Shown one piece after another: positions 1 to 9,949 of a stretch of 64,000 nucleotides of DNA; positions within the stretch are counted from its first letter, which is position 1; every line of letters begins with the position of its first letter. The position numbers were made by a program, and so were the translations under genes. Source of the stretch: Anaerolineales bacterium (lineage in GTDB: Bacteria; Chloroflexota; Anaerolineae; Anaerolineales; UBA11579); the NCBI GenBank assembly GCA_019454165.1, contig CP075367.1, forward strand, positions 956,179 through 1,020,178. Reading direction: 5' to 3'. Below the pieces are notes generated by a model. That model did no database searches and was not told where the DNA came from. It saw only the letters and a program-made list of their open reading frames with translations.

Positions 1-547
1 GCGGGAAGCCCAGCTCCTCCAGGCGGGGGAAGTCTTTGGCGAGGATGACCTGGCACTGGTCGGCGCCGAGGGTCACCTGGAGCAGGCGGCTGACCTCTTT
101 GAGGGCCACCTCGACATCGAGGATGTTGTTGAGCTGCTGGATGACCTCGTAGAGCAGCACGGCATGGTTATCGAAGGATTCGAGCAGCAGCTCGCGGCTG
201 AAGGGCTGCAGGCCGCGGGCGGCCAGCTCGTCCTCAGGGCTGGGGGCTTGCTGGGTGACCAGGATCTCGTACAGGCCGATGCGCACCACGTCGTTGGCGC
301 TGAGCTTGAAGTCAAAATTCTCCGTGATGCGGCGGCGGTTGATGTAGGTGCCGTTGCGGCTGCCCAGATCACGGATGGTGATGGCGTTGGTGTCTTGGTC
401 GAGGTGGATCTGGGCGTGCAGGCGCGAGGCCGCCTCGTCAGCGATGAGGATGTCGTTGTCCTGGCGGCGGCCGATGGTGTTCAGGCCGGGCTTCAGGAGG
501 TATTCGGTGGGTTTGCTGTCCGGCGAGCGGACGGTGAGGGTCCACAT
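1..547 (-). CDS. FHA domain protein with GAF-like continuation (3' part leaves the window)
   Basis: Absent from the ORF track because it runs off the window. Reading the complement from ATG 547..545 gives MWTLTVRSPDSKPTEYLLKPGLNTIGRRQDNDILIADEAASRLHAQIHLDQDTNAITIRDLGSRNGTYINRRRI. This is a canonical FHA signature (GR...SR.HA...DLGS.NGT.IN). The following LLYEVIQQLNNILDVEVALKEVSRLLQVTLGADQCQVIL looks like the start of a GAF domain. Confidence 0.8.
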   Translation of the reverse strand, partial: MWTLTVRSPDSKPTEYLLKPGLNTIGRRQDNDILIADEAASRLHAQIHLDQDTNAITIRDLGSRNGTYINRRRITENFDFKLSANDVVRIGLYEILVTQQAPSPEDELAARGLQPFSRELLLESFDNHAVLLYEVIQQLNNILDVEVALKEVSRLLQVTLGADQCQVILAKDFPRLEELGFP

Positions 548-557
548 AGACGAATGT

Positions 558-576
558 AACGTCATTCTATGACGTT
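558..576. promoter_or_regulatory. Perfect inverted repeat (candidate operator) in a divergent intergenic region
   Basis: AACGTCAT-tct-ATGACGTT lies between the FHA gene start (547) and the protease gene start (619). TATAAT at 605-610 ends only 8 nt before ATG 619. Confidence 0.4.
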
Positions 577-618
577 CAACCACACTGTGCAAGCTAAGCG
601 CACATATAATCATTGCTC

Positions 619-1842
619 ATGGATCTCTTGCGCACTTCATTGGTAAGTGTTGCGGTGCTGACGCTGGCGGCCTGCAACCTGGCGCCCAGCGCACCAACTG
701 CTACGCCAACGCTGACCGCCAGCCCAACGCCGCAGCCGAGCGCCACGCCGGCGCCCACGCGCACGCCGCAGCCCAGCCCCACCGTGCCTTCGGCGGAACT
801 GTGCAAGCGGCCCTCGTTCGTGCATCTGGGTCTCGGCTTCCCGCGCTCGGAGCACCGCCTGCCCTCGGTGGGCAAGGTGCATGCGACGGTGCTGTTCGCC
901 GATTTTGGCGACGAGCCGGCCACGCTGAGCCCGGAGGACGTGTTCGCATTCATCTCGCCGATGGCGGAGGAATTCTTCGCCCAGCAGTCGTATGGGCGCT
1001 TTGAGTTGGAGCTGACGCCGTACTTCACCTGGTTGCGCCTGAGCCAGCCCTCGGCGTATTACGGCAATAGCCTGACCAGCTATGAGCAGCACCTGGCCTT
1101 TTTGCAAGAGGCGGTGGACCTGGCTGACCCGATGGTGGATTTCTCGCAGACCGATCTGGTGGTGTTGCTCAATAATCCATATGCGTACGAGATCGTGTAT
1201 GGGCCGACCTACACCGGCTTTTTGGAGTCTGGCCTGACCGCGGATGGGGTCATCATCCCCAACGGCATGACCTCCGGCCGCGATCTGCTGCATTGGGGCT
1301 ACCTGTGGCTGAACCACGAGGCCGGGCACAGCCTTGGCCTGCCGGACCTGTACGCCTATGGCTTGGCCGAGGATATCTTTCCGTATACGGGCGGGTACAG
1401 CCTGATGGGCAACATCTTTGGGCATACGCCGGAGCTGACCGCTATGGAGCGCTGGGTGCTGGGCTGGCTGGATGATCGCCAGGTGTACTGCCTGCCGGCC
1501 GGGCAGGAGATCGAGCTCGAGCTGAGCGCGATCGAGCAGCCCGGCGGCGTGAAGGCGCTGATCACCCCGCTGGATGACAGCCGCCTGCTGGTGGTCGAGT
1601 CACGCCGGGCCTTGGGCTACGACGAGTACATGCCGGAGCAGGGCGCGCTGGTTTACATCGTGGATGCGAACGTGCCCAGCGGTTACGGCCCACTGCGGGT
1701 GCTGCCGCAGATCGAAGACGACTATGATTTTGCCCAGTCCACGCTGCGCGTGGGCGAGTCTGTGACGGTGGAAGGCATCACGATCCGGGTGGTGCTGGCC
1801 GGCGCAGACTTTGACCGGGTGGATCTGCGTATTACGCCTTGA
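619..1842 (+). CDS. Secreted lipoprotein zinc metalloprotease (M6 / immune-inhibitor-A-like HExxH)
   Basis: The ORF track gives 613..1842 (TTG); ATG at 619 is preferred. It has a lipobox (VAVLTLAAC), a Pro/Thr-rich linker and the motif NHEAGHSLGLPDLY, which resembles HExxHxxGLPDxY of M6 peptidases. Confidence 0.7.
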   Translation: MDLLRTSLVSVAVLTLAACNLAPSAPTATPTLTASPTPQPSATPAPTRTPQPSPTVPSAELCKRPSFVHLGLGFPRSEHRLPSVGKVHATVLFADFGDEPATLSPEDVFAFISPMAEEFFAQQSYGRFELELTPYFTWLRLSQPSAYYGNSLTSYEQHLAFLQEAVDLADPMVDFSQTDLVVLLNNPYAYEIVYGPTYTGFLESGLTADGVIIPNGMTSGRDLLHWGYLWLNHEAGHSLGLPDLYAYGLAEDIFPYTGGYSLMGNIFGHTPELTAMERWVLGWLDDRQVYCLPAGQEIELELSAIEQPGGVKALITPLDDSRLLVVESRRALGYDEYMPEQGALVYIVDANVPSGYGPLRVLPQIEDDYDFAQSTLRVGESVTVEGITIRVVLAGADFDRVDLRITP

Positions 1843-2053
1843 CCGGCTCGGCCGCGGCGCTGAGCTGGTATTCCATCACCGTCTCCACTTTTACCAGGCG
1901 GCCCTGGTGGCCGCCGCAGGCCAGCAGCCATTTGCGCTCCAGCTGGCTGGTCTCGATGCGGGTCGTGGTGCAGCCGCAGGCGTAGTGCTCGATGCGGGTC
2001 ACCTCAACCTCCACGCGGCCTTTGGATTTCGACGCTTTCTTTTTGTCCCCCAT
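1832..2053 (-). CDS. Small Lys-rich / Cys-containing hypothetical protein (73 aa)
   Basis: Internal ATG (2053..2051) of ORF 1832..2182 gives MGDKKKASKSKGRVEVEVTRIEHYACGCTTTRIETSQLERKWLLACGGHQG. The spacing is CxC...CxxH-like. It overlaps the upstream HTH gene by 50 nt, so the start is uncertain. Confidence 0.4.
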   Translation of the reverse strand: MGDKKKASKSKGRVEVEVTRIEHYACGCTTTRIETSQLERKWLLACGGHQGRLVKVETVMEYQLSAAAEPVKA

Positions 2054-2429
2054 GATGTCCCCCTGTGAGTCTGATCTCGTCGCTGCGGCCAAGCGCCCAC
2101 CGGCCGATCTCGGTGAGGGGCGCGTAGTCTTGCGGGTGCATGGCCGCCAGAATGTCAGCCGCGAACTCGCCGCGCCAATCATGGCGGGCCACCTGGGCCA
2201 GGCGCATCATCATCAGCGTATCGGGCAGGTACAGGCGGTCTTGCCAGTTCTTGATGCTCTGGTAGCTGACCCGGCGGCCGATGGGTTGCAGTGCCTGGCT
2301 GAGCGCCCTGGCGAACTCGCGCAGGGTGGCGGGCTTGCGCTGGTTGCCGGCCAGGATGCGGTACTGCTGCACGATAAGCGCGACGGCAGTTTTGCTGCGA
2401 TGAGTGGTTTTGAGTATGGCGGCTGACAT
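2004..2429 (-). CDS. HTH (XRE-like) DNA-binding protein
   Basis: ATLREFARALSQALQPIGRRVSYQSIKNWQ reads as a helix-turn-helix. No other domain was recognised. Confidence 0.5.
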   Translation of the reverse strand: MSAAILKTTHRSKTAVALIVQQYRILAGNQRKPATLREFARALSQALQPIGRRVSYQSIKNWQDRLYLPDTLMMMRLAQVARHDWRGEFAADILAAMHPQDYAPLTEIGRWALGRSDEIRLTGGHHGGQKESVEIQRPRGG

Positions 2430-2512
2430 AGAACTATTGTTCTATAATCATAATTACTCCGCACAGTTTTTTCAAGAGCCAAGCCAGCAATGTCAAGCCA
2501 CTGGACAGGAAA

Positions 2513-4204
2513 GTGGCTGAGAAGCGGGCGGCTATAATGCGAGCCGACATGCAATGGTTGGATAAATACAAAAAGTGGTTGCTGCTTGGCGGGATGGTGC
2601 TGCTGTTCCTGGCGGTGCGGGTGCCTGGGCTGGGCCGCTTTGTCACGATCGATGAAGTGTATTGGCTCACCAAGTCAGCCCAACTGGCGGTGGCTGTGGC
2701 GGAGCGGGATTGGGATGCCACCGACCTTTCGAGCCACCCGGGCATGACCACCGCCTGGGCCGGCGCGTTGGCGCTGGAATTGCGCACCCCCGAACTCAAC
2801 ACAGAACCGCCGGAACACGTTTCTGATTTCCATCTGCGGCACTACTTTCGCCAGCAGGGGTACAACCCGGCCGAGATCCTGAGCACGGCGCGCCTGGTGA
2901 TGGTGGCGTTGAGCGCGGTGGTGTTCGCCGGCATTGTTGTGTATGCCTACCGGCTGTGGGGCGCAATGCCGGCGGCGCTGGTGGGCGGCCTGCTGGCCTT
3001 CGACCCGTATCTGATCGCCCACCAGCGCTTGCTGCACCAGGATGGGCTGATGGCGCTGTTGTGCGTGCTGAGCCTGCTGGCGTTTGCGGCGTATCTGCGT
3101 GAGCGCAGTTGGGCGCACCTGCTTGTTTCTGGCGCGGCCGCCGGCCTGGCATGGGCGACAAAGTCGCCTATGCTGTTGCTTGGCCCGTGGGTGGCGGTGA
3201 TGGCCGCGGTAGCGGTGCGCGGCCAGATGAAGAGCCAGGCGGCGCTGCGCATGCTGGGCAGCCTGGCCGCCTGGGGACTTGTGGGCGGGCTGGTGTTCAC
3301 GCTGCTGTGGCCGAAGATGTGGGTTGCGCCGGTGGAGGCGATCACGCAGGTGCTGAGCTATGCGGGCGAGTCGGCGGGCGGTGTGCACAGTGGCACCATA
3401 TTCTTTGCCGGCCAACTGTATGAGGATGGCAAGCTGGGCGCCGCCTCGGCGATCTTCTACCCGGTGAGCTTTGTGTGGCGGGCGACCCCGGTGGTGCTGC
3501 TGGGGCTGGCCGCAGCCGGCTGGGTGGGGCTGCGCCGCAAGGCATTTGAGCGCAGCCGCCTGGATGGAATTGTGGCGCTGTTGGGTTTCGCCATTCTTTT
3601 TGTGGTGATGATGAGCCTGGGCGACAAAAAGTTCGATCGTTATATGCTGCCGAGTTATGCGATCCTGGTGACGGTGGCGGGCTGGGGTCTGGCGCTGGGC
3701 CTGCAGTTGGCGGCGGGGCGCTGGCCGGTGTTGCGGGCGGCGGGCGCGAGCGCGCTGGCGGCAACGCTGTTGCTCTCAGCACAGTTGGGGAGCGCGGTGT
3801 CTGTCTTCCCGTATTACTTGAGCTATTACAACCCGCTGGTTGGCGGAACCCGGCGTGCGGACAACGTGATGATGCTGGGTTGGGGCGAGGGGTTAGAGCA
3901 GGCGGCCAACTGGCTGGCGCAGCAGCCGGGGATCGGCCAGGCGCGGGTGGCCAGCTGGTACAGCAACGCCTTCATGCTGAGCTTTCCTTATGATGTGACT
4001 GACATCCCGCTTGCTTTGTCGCTGCCTGAGCCGCAATTGCAAGACCTGCTGGCGCATGATTACCTGGTGATCTATGTGCACCAGTGGCAACGCCACATGC
4101 CGCAGGACCTGTTGGACGCGCTGGCAGACCAGCAACCGGTGCATGTTGTGGTTGTGGATGGAATTGAGTATGTGCGCGTGTATCAGGTGAATAGGGAGCA
4201 GTGA
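2513..4204 (+). CDS. Polytopic glycosyltransferase, GT39/ArnT-PMT-like
   Basis: 563 aa with many TM segments. It has an early-loop IDEVYW (DE motif) and a soluble C-terminal domain, the typical ArnT / dolichyl-phosphate-mannose transferase architecture. Confidence 0.65.
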   Translation: MAEKRAAIMRADMQWLDKYKKWLLLGGMVLLFLAVRVPGLGRFVTIDEVYWLTKSAQLAVAVAERDWDATDLSSHPGMTTAWAGALALELRTPELNTEPPEHVSDFHLRHYFRQQGYNPAEILSTARLVMVALSAVVFAGIVVYAYRLWGAMPAALVGGLLAFDPYLIAHQRLLHQDGLMALLCVLSLLAFAAYLRERSWAHLLVSGAAAGLAWATKSPMLLLGPWVAVMAAVAVRGQMKSQAALRMLGSLAAWGLVGGLVFTLLWPKMWVAPVEAITQVLSYAGESAGGVHSGTIFFAGQLYEDGKLGAASAIFYPVSFVWRATPVVLLGLAAAGWVGLRRKAFERSRLDGIVALLGFAILFVVMMSLGDKKFDRYMLPSYAILVTVAGWGLALGLQLAAGRWPVLRAAGASALAATLLLSAQLGSAVSVFPYYLSYYNPLVGGTRRADNVMMLGWGEGLEQAANWLAQQPGIGQARVASWYSNAFMLSFPYDVTDIPLALSLPEPQLQDLLAHDYLVIYVHQWQRHMPQDLLDALADQQPVHVVVVDGIEYVRVYQVNREQ

Positions 4205-4263
4205 GCAGGAAACCTGGGGAACAGTGAAAGGGAAGAGGAAGCTGATCGCTAATAGCTGAAAGC

Positions 4264-4827
4264 TTATTCTCTGCTATCCCACAGCGGCTCGCTGACGCCG
4301 CGTTGCAAATTCTCATAGCGGGCCATCACGAATAGCGCGTCGGAGAGGCGGTTCACATAGGTGACCGACTCGGGACGCACGGAATCCTCGCGGGCGAGGG
4401 TGACCAGGCGGCGCTCGGCGCGGCGGCAGACGGCGCGGGCCACCTGCAAGGTGGCGGCGCCCAGGCTGCCGCCGGGCAGGATGAAGTTCTCCAGCGGGCC
4501 GAGCTCTTCGTTCATTTCGTCGATCAGGGCTTCGAGCGCATCGATGTGGCGCTGCTCGATGCGGGGCACTTTGAACTCTTCGGCTTCTTCGGGTGGGAAG
4601 GACAGATCGCTGCCTAAATGGAAGAGCTGGTTCTGGATGGGCGGCAGGGCGGCGGCCAGCTTGGCGCACAGCCCGTGGGCCAGGGCCATGCCGATCACGG
4701 AGTTGAGCTCATCCACCGTGCCGTAGGCGCGCACGCGCGGGTGGTCCTTCGGCACGCGCTGTTTGCTGCCCAGGGCGGTGCTGCCGTCATCTCCGGTCTT
4801 GGTGTAGATCTTGGTCAGGCGTGGCAT
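4264..4827 (-). CDS. pduO: ATP:cob(I)alamin adenosyltransferase, PduO type
   Basis: [20 protein letters not shown]...[16 protein letters not shown] is the hallmark N-terminus of PduO/MMAB-type adenosyltransferases. Length is 187 aa. Confidence 0.9.
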   Translation of the reverse strand: MPRLTKIYTKTGDDGSTALGSKQRVPKDHPRVRAYGTVDELNSVIGMALAHGLCAKLAAALPPIQNQLFHLGSDLSFPPEEAEEFKVPRIEQRHIDALEALIDEMNEELGPLENFILPGGSLGAATLQVARAVCRRAERRLVTLAREDSVRPESVTYVNRLSDALFVMARYENLQRGVSEPLWDSRE

Positions 4828-4885
4828 GCGGTCATTATAGCTGGCGCGCCTGAATCGTCAGGCAGCGCTCTGTTATCATGCCTCT

Positions 4886-6583
4886 ATGCGTGCGGATATT
4901 CCCGCTTTTGCCATTCTGACCCGTTGGGCCTTGCTGCTGGCTCTGGCCGTGCAGCTCTCCATCACTGGCGCGGGCGTCATCACGATCCCCTTGTTGGTCG
5001 TGGCGCTGGGCGTGTGGAATCTGTGGCTGTCGCTGCGCTGGCTGCATGGCCAGACCTGGCCGCGCCAGGATCTGATCGAGATCGCGGTGGATTTCGTGTT
5101 CGCCGTGGCGCAGTTCTATTTCAGCCGCACGGTGCTAGGCCCGCTGGCCTGGCTGGGCCTGTTCCCGGTCATCCGCGCCGCGTGGACGCTGGGTTTGGGC
5201 GGCGGCTTGGCCGCCGGGGTGCTGACTGCGGCCGCCTTCGCGGCGCTGGCGGCGATCGACGTGCCGTTGGGTGAAGTTCCGTTGATGATGGCGCTGCCGG
5301 CGCTGGCGTTTTTGCTGGTGGGCAGCGTGTTGGGTTTCTGGGGCCGCCAGGTGCAGTTTGGTTTGCGTGAAAAGCAAGAATTGGGCGACTACCAGCGTTT
5401 GGAAGCGGCACGGCGTGACCGCGAGCGCGCCCAGACCTTGTTTGCCATCACCCAGCAGGTGAATTCCAGCCTGGTGTTCGACCAAGTGTTGGAAGGCGCG
5501 CTGGACGTCGGCACGAATGCGTTCGTTGAGCCGCACGACAACGTTACGCGCACGATCGGCGGCGTGTTGCTGTTCGATGAAGGCGGCCTGCGCCTGGCGG
5601 CGGCTCGCCAACTGACCGTGCAGGACCTGGGGCGGGTGCTGCCTGGGCAGCAAGGTGCGCTGGCGCACCTGCTGCAACACGGCGAGCCGCAGCAAGTGCC
5701 GCTGCCCGCCAAGGATGAGGAGCTCAAGCTGTTGGCCGGCCTGCACATTGCGCAGAGCTTGTATGCGCTGCCGCTGGTGTCGGGGCTCGACCTGTTCGGC
5801 GTATTGTTCTTCGCCCACCCGGAGCCCAACTTCTTCACGGCGGATCGCTGTGAGCTGGCCGGCGTGATCGCGCGCCAACTGATGGGCGCGCTGCAAAACG
5901 CCCAACTGTACGAAGCCCTGACGGAAGAAAAAGAGCGCATCGCCCATATTCAGGAGCAGGCCCGCCAGCAACTGGCGCGTAACCTGCACGACGGGCCGAC
6001 CCAGAACGTGGCGGCGATCGCCATGCGCATTAACCTGGCCCGCCGCCTGCTGAGCAAGGATGTGGCCGCCGCCAGCGAGGAACTGTACAAAGTCGAAGAC
6101 CTCTCGCGGCGCACCACGAAGGAAATGCGCTTCATGCTGTTCACGCTGCGCCCGCAAGCATTGGAGACCAGCGGCCTGTGTGTGGCGCTGGATGACCTGG
6201 CCAAGCACGCCCAGGAGACCTACGGGTACACGGTGCAACTGGAGGCCGACCCGGAGGCGGAGGCGCGCATGGACCGCGGCAAGCAGGGCGTGGTGTTCTC
6301 GATCGCATCTGAGGCGCTGGACAATGCGTATCGCTATGCCCAGGCCAGCCAGGTGGTGGTGCGGCTCAGCAAGCAGGATGGCAACATCACGCTGCTGGAA
6401 GTGCAAGACGATGGGGCGGCGCGCCCAGCCCAGCCGGATAAGCTGGATATTTTGCAGGAGCGCACCAACCTGATCAACGGCATCATGCGGCTCAACGCGG
6501 CTGAGGGCAAAGGCACCCGCCTGCGCGTGTGGGTGCCGCTCACCGAGCAGGCGGCAGACCGCCTGCGCCGGGGCGAGCTATGA
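4886..6583 (+). CDS. Membrane sensor histidine kinase with GAF domain (HisKA_3 / NarX-type)
   Basis: N-terminal TM segments and a GAF-like middle region. The H-box NLHDGPTQNVAAI is HisKA_3-type, followed by a C-terminal HATPase region. No response regulator is adjacent. Confidence 0.8.
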   Translation: MRADIPAFAILTRWALLLALAVQLSITGAGVITIPLLVVALGVWNLWLSLRWLHGQTWPRQDLIEIAVDFVFAVAQFYFSRTVLGPLAWLGLFPVIRAAWTLGLGGGLAAGVLTAAAFAALAAIDVPLGEVPLMMALPALAFLLVGSVLGFWGRQVQFGLREKQELGDYQRLEAARRDRERAQTLFAITQQVNSSLVFDQVLEGALDVGTNAFVEPHDNVTRTIGGVLLFDEGGLRLAAARQLTVQDLGRVLPGQQGALAHLLQHGEPQQVPLPAKDEELKLLAGLHIAQSLYALPLVSGLDLFGVLFFAHPEPNFFTADRCELAGVIARQLMGALQNAQLYEALTEEKERIAHIQEQARQQLARNLHDGPTQNVAAIAMRINLARRLLSKDVAAASEELYKVEDLSRRTTKEMRFMLFTLRPQALETSGLCVALDDLAKHAQETYGYTVQLEADPEAEARMDRGKQGVVFSIASEALDNAYRYAQASQVVVRLSKQDGNITLLEVQDDGAARPAQPDKLDILQERTNLINGIMRLNAAEGKGTRLRVWVPLTEQAADRLRRGEL

Positions 6584-6984
6584 ACGACCAACCGCAGCTG
6601 CCGGCCGCCTTCCCGCCGCTGGTGATGCGCGCCCTGGGGGCCAGTTGGCTGGTGCTGTTCCTGCTCTGGCTTCCGTTCGAAGACATCGGCCTGATCTTCC
6701 CCATTTTGCTGGCGATGGATCTGTGTGTTTGGTTGGCGCTGCGCCTTTGGCCGTTTTGGTCTACACTGGGCGACGTGCTGATCGCTTCGCTGGCCGCGGG
6801 GGCCTGGCTGGCGGCGGTGCCGGTGCTGACGCTGGGTTTCATGATCTTCAAAGGCGGCGTACACGGGCATGGTTTCCCGGATTTTGCGCTCAACCAGTTC
6901 GCCTATGTTCTGCTGGCGGCGCCGGTATGTGCGGCGCTGGGCGCGGTGTTGGGGGCGGTCGCATACTTTATTCGCAAACGTTGA
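6580..6984 (+). CDS. Small membrane protein, translationally coupled to the kinase gene
   Basis: ATG 6580 overlaps the kinase stop (ATGA at 6580-6583). The product has 4 predicted TM helices (MNDQPQLPAAFPPLVMRALGASWLVLFLLWL...). Confidence 0.6.
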   Translation: MNDQPQLPAAFPPLVMRALGASWLVLFLLWLPFEDIGLIFPILLAMDLCVWLALRLWPFWSTLGDVLIASLAAGAWLAAVPVLTLGFMIFKGGVHGHGFPDFALNQFAYVLLAAPVCAALGAVLGAVAYFIRKR

Positions 6985-7034
6985 TGGTCTAGGGTGGGCT
7001 GAAGGGGCAGCAGACCGCATCTCGGGAGGCAGCT

Positions 7035-7796
7035 ATGCCGAGAAGCGGGGGGCTGTACTACGCGTCCCAAGCGCAGCCGGTTGCCGGCCTGCCGGTGTTG
7101 GTATTGATCCATGGCGCAGGTGGCAGCCACGCCAACTGGCCGTACCAGTTGCGCCGCCTGCCGGGCTGGAACGTGCTGGCGCCGGACCTGCCTGGCCACG
7201 GCAGCACTCACGCCGACCCCAGATCCCATATCGCCGACTATGCCAAAAGCCTGTGGGCCTGGCTCGACAGCCTGGAGATCAGCACGGCGGTGTTGTGCGG
7301 GCATTCGATGGGCGCGGCGATCGCACTGCACATGGCGCATGCCGAGCCGCAGCGCGTGCGCGGCTTGCTGCTGCTGGGTGCGGCGGCGCGCTTTCAAGTA
7401 AACCCCCAATTGCTGGAAAAATTGCACAACCCGGCGCGCCTGGCTGACGGCGTGCGCAACATCGTGCAATGGTCGTTCGGCCGCGCTACCCATCCCTCGC
7501 TGCGGGCAGCCTATACGCGCCAACTGCTGCGCAATCCGCTGGGCCTGCTGCATGCCGATCTCAAGGCCTGCGCTGACTTCGATCTCACGGCCCTGGCGCC
7601 GCGCATCGCCACGCCGGCCGTGGTGCTGTGCGGTGACGAAGACCAGATGGTGGCCGAGCCGCTTTCGGCCAGTCTGGTGCGCAGCCTGCCCACGGCGCGC
7701 CAGGTGATGATCGCACGGGCGGGGCACATGTTGATGATGGAGCGGCCGGAGGAGGTGGCGGCTGCCCTGGAAGATGCCTTACAGAACTGGAAATAA
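7035..7796 (+). CDS. Alpha/beta-fold hydrolase
   Basis: VLIHGAGGSH oxyanion region, nucleophile elbow GHSMGAAIAL and C-terminal GHMLMMERPEEV. Confidence 0.85.
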   Translation: MPRSGGLYYASQAQPVAGLPVLVLIHGAGGSHANWPYQLRRLPGWNVLAPDLPGHGSTHADPRSHIADYAKSLWAWLDSLEISTAVLCGHSMGAAIALHMAHAEPQRVRGLLLLGAAARFQVNPQLLEKLHNPARLADGVRNIVQWSFGRATHPSLRAAYTRQLLRNPLGLLHADLKACADFDLTALAPRIATPAVVLCGDEDQMVAEPLSASLVRSLPTARQVMIARAGHMLMMERPEEVAAALEDALQNWK

Positions 7797-7816
7797 GATT
7801 AGAATCCTGAACAGCG

Positions 7817-9916
7817 ATGATTGAACGACTTCAACGCTGGTTCGTATCCCCTGAATTGGGCACATCAGAACTCAACCGCCGTGCAGGGTTGTTGCACGGC
7901 ATTCTGTTGGTGTTGCTCCCAACCACGCTTGGTTTTCTATTCGTCATTACCATGCTCACCCCGGACAACACGTCGGGTATCAGCGTTGCGGCAGGTGTGT
8001 TCATCGTCGAGTTGCTTACGCTGTGGTTGCTGCAGCGCGGCCGCCTGACGGCGGCGGGCATGAGCATGCTGCTCTCGCTTTGGGTATTGTTGGCCGTCTC
8101 CATGTACTTCGGGGCCGGCGTGCAAAGCGTATCTGCGATGGGGCAGATGCTGATCGTGCTGATGGCGGGTTTGCTGGTCAGTGGCTCCTTCGCTTCCGGG
8201 TTGGCCACCCTCACCATTCTTTATAACTACATTTTGCTGAAGACGCACCAGACCAATCCTGAGCTGGGCATGATGGTGCTGACCCCGCTGGCTTTCTGGG
8301 CGGCGCAATCCCTGTTCTTTGTGATCAGTGTGGGCTTGACCCAGGTGTATGTGCGCCGCCTGCGCACCGCGTTCAGTGAGGCGCAGGCCAAGGAAGACTC
8401 ACTGACCGAGAGCGTGGCCGACCTGCGGGCCGCCCAGGCGGAGCAGGCCCGCGAGGAAGCCAACCTGCGCCGCCGCGGCGCGATCCTGGCGGCGGTTTCG
8501 GTGGCGGCCGAGCGCCTGTTCCGCGGGCGCTCGTTCGCCGACAGCATCAGCCTGGTGGTGCAGGAGCTGGGCGAGGCGACCGGCGTGGACCGCGTGTGCA
8601 TTTTTGAGAATGCCAACGACCCGGGCGGCGATCTGATGTCGCACGAGGTGTATGGCTGGACCGCCGAAGGGGTCAGCGGCTACTTGCAGCTGGGCCGCTT
8701 CAAGAGCACGCACTTCCGTGAGGCGGGTTTGATGCGCTGGGTGGATGTGCTTTCCAACAATCAAGTTATCAGCGCCAAGGTGCAGGACCTGCCTGATTTG
8801 GAGCGGCGGCGGTTGCAGTCGCAAGGGTTGAAATCCATCCTGATCGTGCCGATCTTTGTAGGTGAAGAGTGGTGGGGCTTCATCGGCTTCGATGAGGTCA
8901 AGGTGGAGCGTGAATGGTCTTCTGAGGAAGAGGATGCGTTGCGCGGCGCGGCCGGGATCCTGGGCGGCGCGATCCAGCGCCAGCGGGCCGAGCGTGCGTT
9001 GCACCGCAGCCAGCAGCACTACCTGGCCATTTTGCAGGACCAGACCGATATGATCTGCCGCTATACGCCGCAAGGCCAGATCACCTTCGCCAACGAGGCT
9101 TATGTGCACTTCTTCGGTCTGCCCAGCAGCCTGGGCAAACGCCAGATCTGGCAGCAGTTGCCAACCGAAGTTGAAGTGACCGATCTGCAGCACAAGATCG
9201 ACAACATTACGCTTGAGCGGCCTTCGATGACCAGCCGCAACCAGAACCGCCGTGCGGATGGCGTGTTGCGCTGGATCGAATGGACTGACCGCGGCATCTT
9301 TGACGAGAACGGCCTGTTGGTGGAAGTGCAGGCCGCCGGCCGGGATGTGGACAATGAAGTCCACCTGCGCGAGGAGCTGGAGCGCAACCTGCGCGCCTCA
9401 GAGGCGCAAGCCATGACGGACGCGCTGACCGGCCTGCTCAACCGGCGGGCCATCACTGAGCGCGCCGAGCTGGAGTGGCAGCGCACCCAGGCAGAGGGCG
9501 AGGCGCTGAGCCTGGTGCTGCTGGATGTGGACCATTTGAAGCAGATCAACGATACGCACGGCCACCTGGCCGGCGACGAGGCGCTGCGCACGCTGGGCAA
9601 CCTGCTCAAAACCAGCATGCGGCGCGATGATTGGGCCGGGCGCTGGGGCGGCGATGAGTTCCTGCTGCTGCTGCCGGGCGCCGACAGCAAGACGGCCCGC
9701 CAGGTGGCGGAGCGCCTGCGGGAGCGGATCAACCGCAGCCGGGTGCAGCTGGAAAGCGGCGCGGAAGAGGAATTGCGGGTGAGTTTGGGGGTCGTTTCGA
9801 ACCATGACGCCATCCAGTCTCTGGATGCCATGTTCGCCCAGGCTGACCGGGCGCTGTACAGCGCCAAGCAGGCTGGGCGCAACCAGGTGAGCGTGGCTGA
9901 GGGCAAAGCGGCCTGA
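7817..9916 (+). CDS. Membrane GAF-PAS-GGDEF diguanylate cyclase
   Basis: Multi-TM N-terminus, coiled coil, and GAF-like and PAS-like segments. The GGDEF domain has DALTGLLNRR and RWGGDEFLLLLP. Confidence 0.85.
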   Translation: MIERLQRWFVSPELGTSELNRRAGLLHGILLVLLPTTLGFLFVITMLTPDNTSGISVAAGVFIVELLTLWLLQRGRLTAAGMSMLLSLWVLLAVSMYFGAGVQSVSAMGQMLIVLMAGLLVSGSFASGLATLTILYNYILLKTHQTNPELGMMVLTPLAFWAAQSLFFVISVGLTQVYVRRLRTAFSEAQAKEDSLTESVADLRAAQAEQAREEANLRRRGAILAAVSVAAERLFRGRSFADSISLVVQELGEATGVDRVCIFENANDPGGDLMSHEVYGWTAEGVSGYLQLGRFKSTHFREAGLMRWVDVLSNNQVISAKVQDLPDLERRRLQSQGLKSILIVPIFVGEEWWGFIGFDEVKVEREWSSEEEDALRGAAGILGGAIQRQRAERALHRSQQHYLAILQDQTDMICRYTPQGQITFANEAYVHFFGLPSSLGKRQIWQQLPTEVEVTDLQHKIDNITLERPSMTSRNQNRRADGVLRWIEWTDRGIFDENGLLVEVQAAGRDVDNEVHLREELERNLRASEAQAMTDALTGLLNRRAITERAELEWQRTQAEGEALSLVLLDVDHLKQINDTHGHLAGDEALRTLGNLLKTSMRRDDWAGRWGGDEFLLLLPGADSKTARQVAERLRERINRSRVQLESGAEEELRVSLGVVSNHDAIQSLDAMFAQADRALYSAKQAGRNQVSVAEGKAA

Positions 9917-9949
9917 TTTTTCAGTTATATTTCCTGCGGCCACTTTGAC

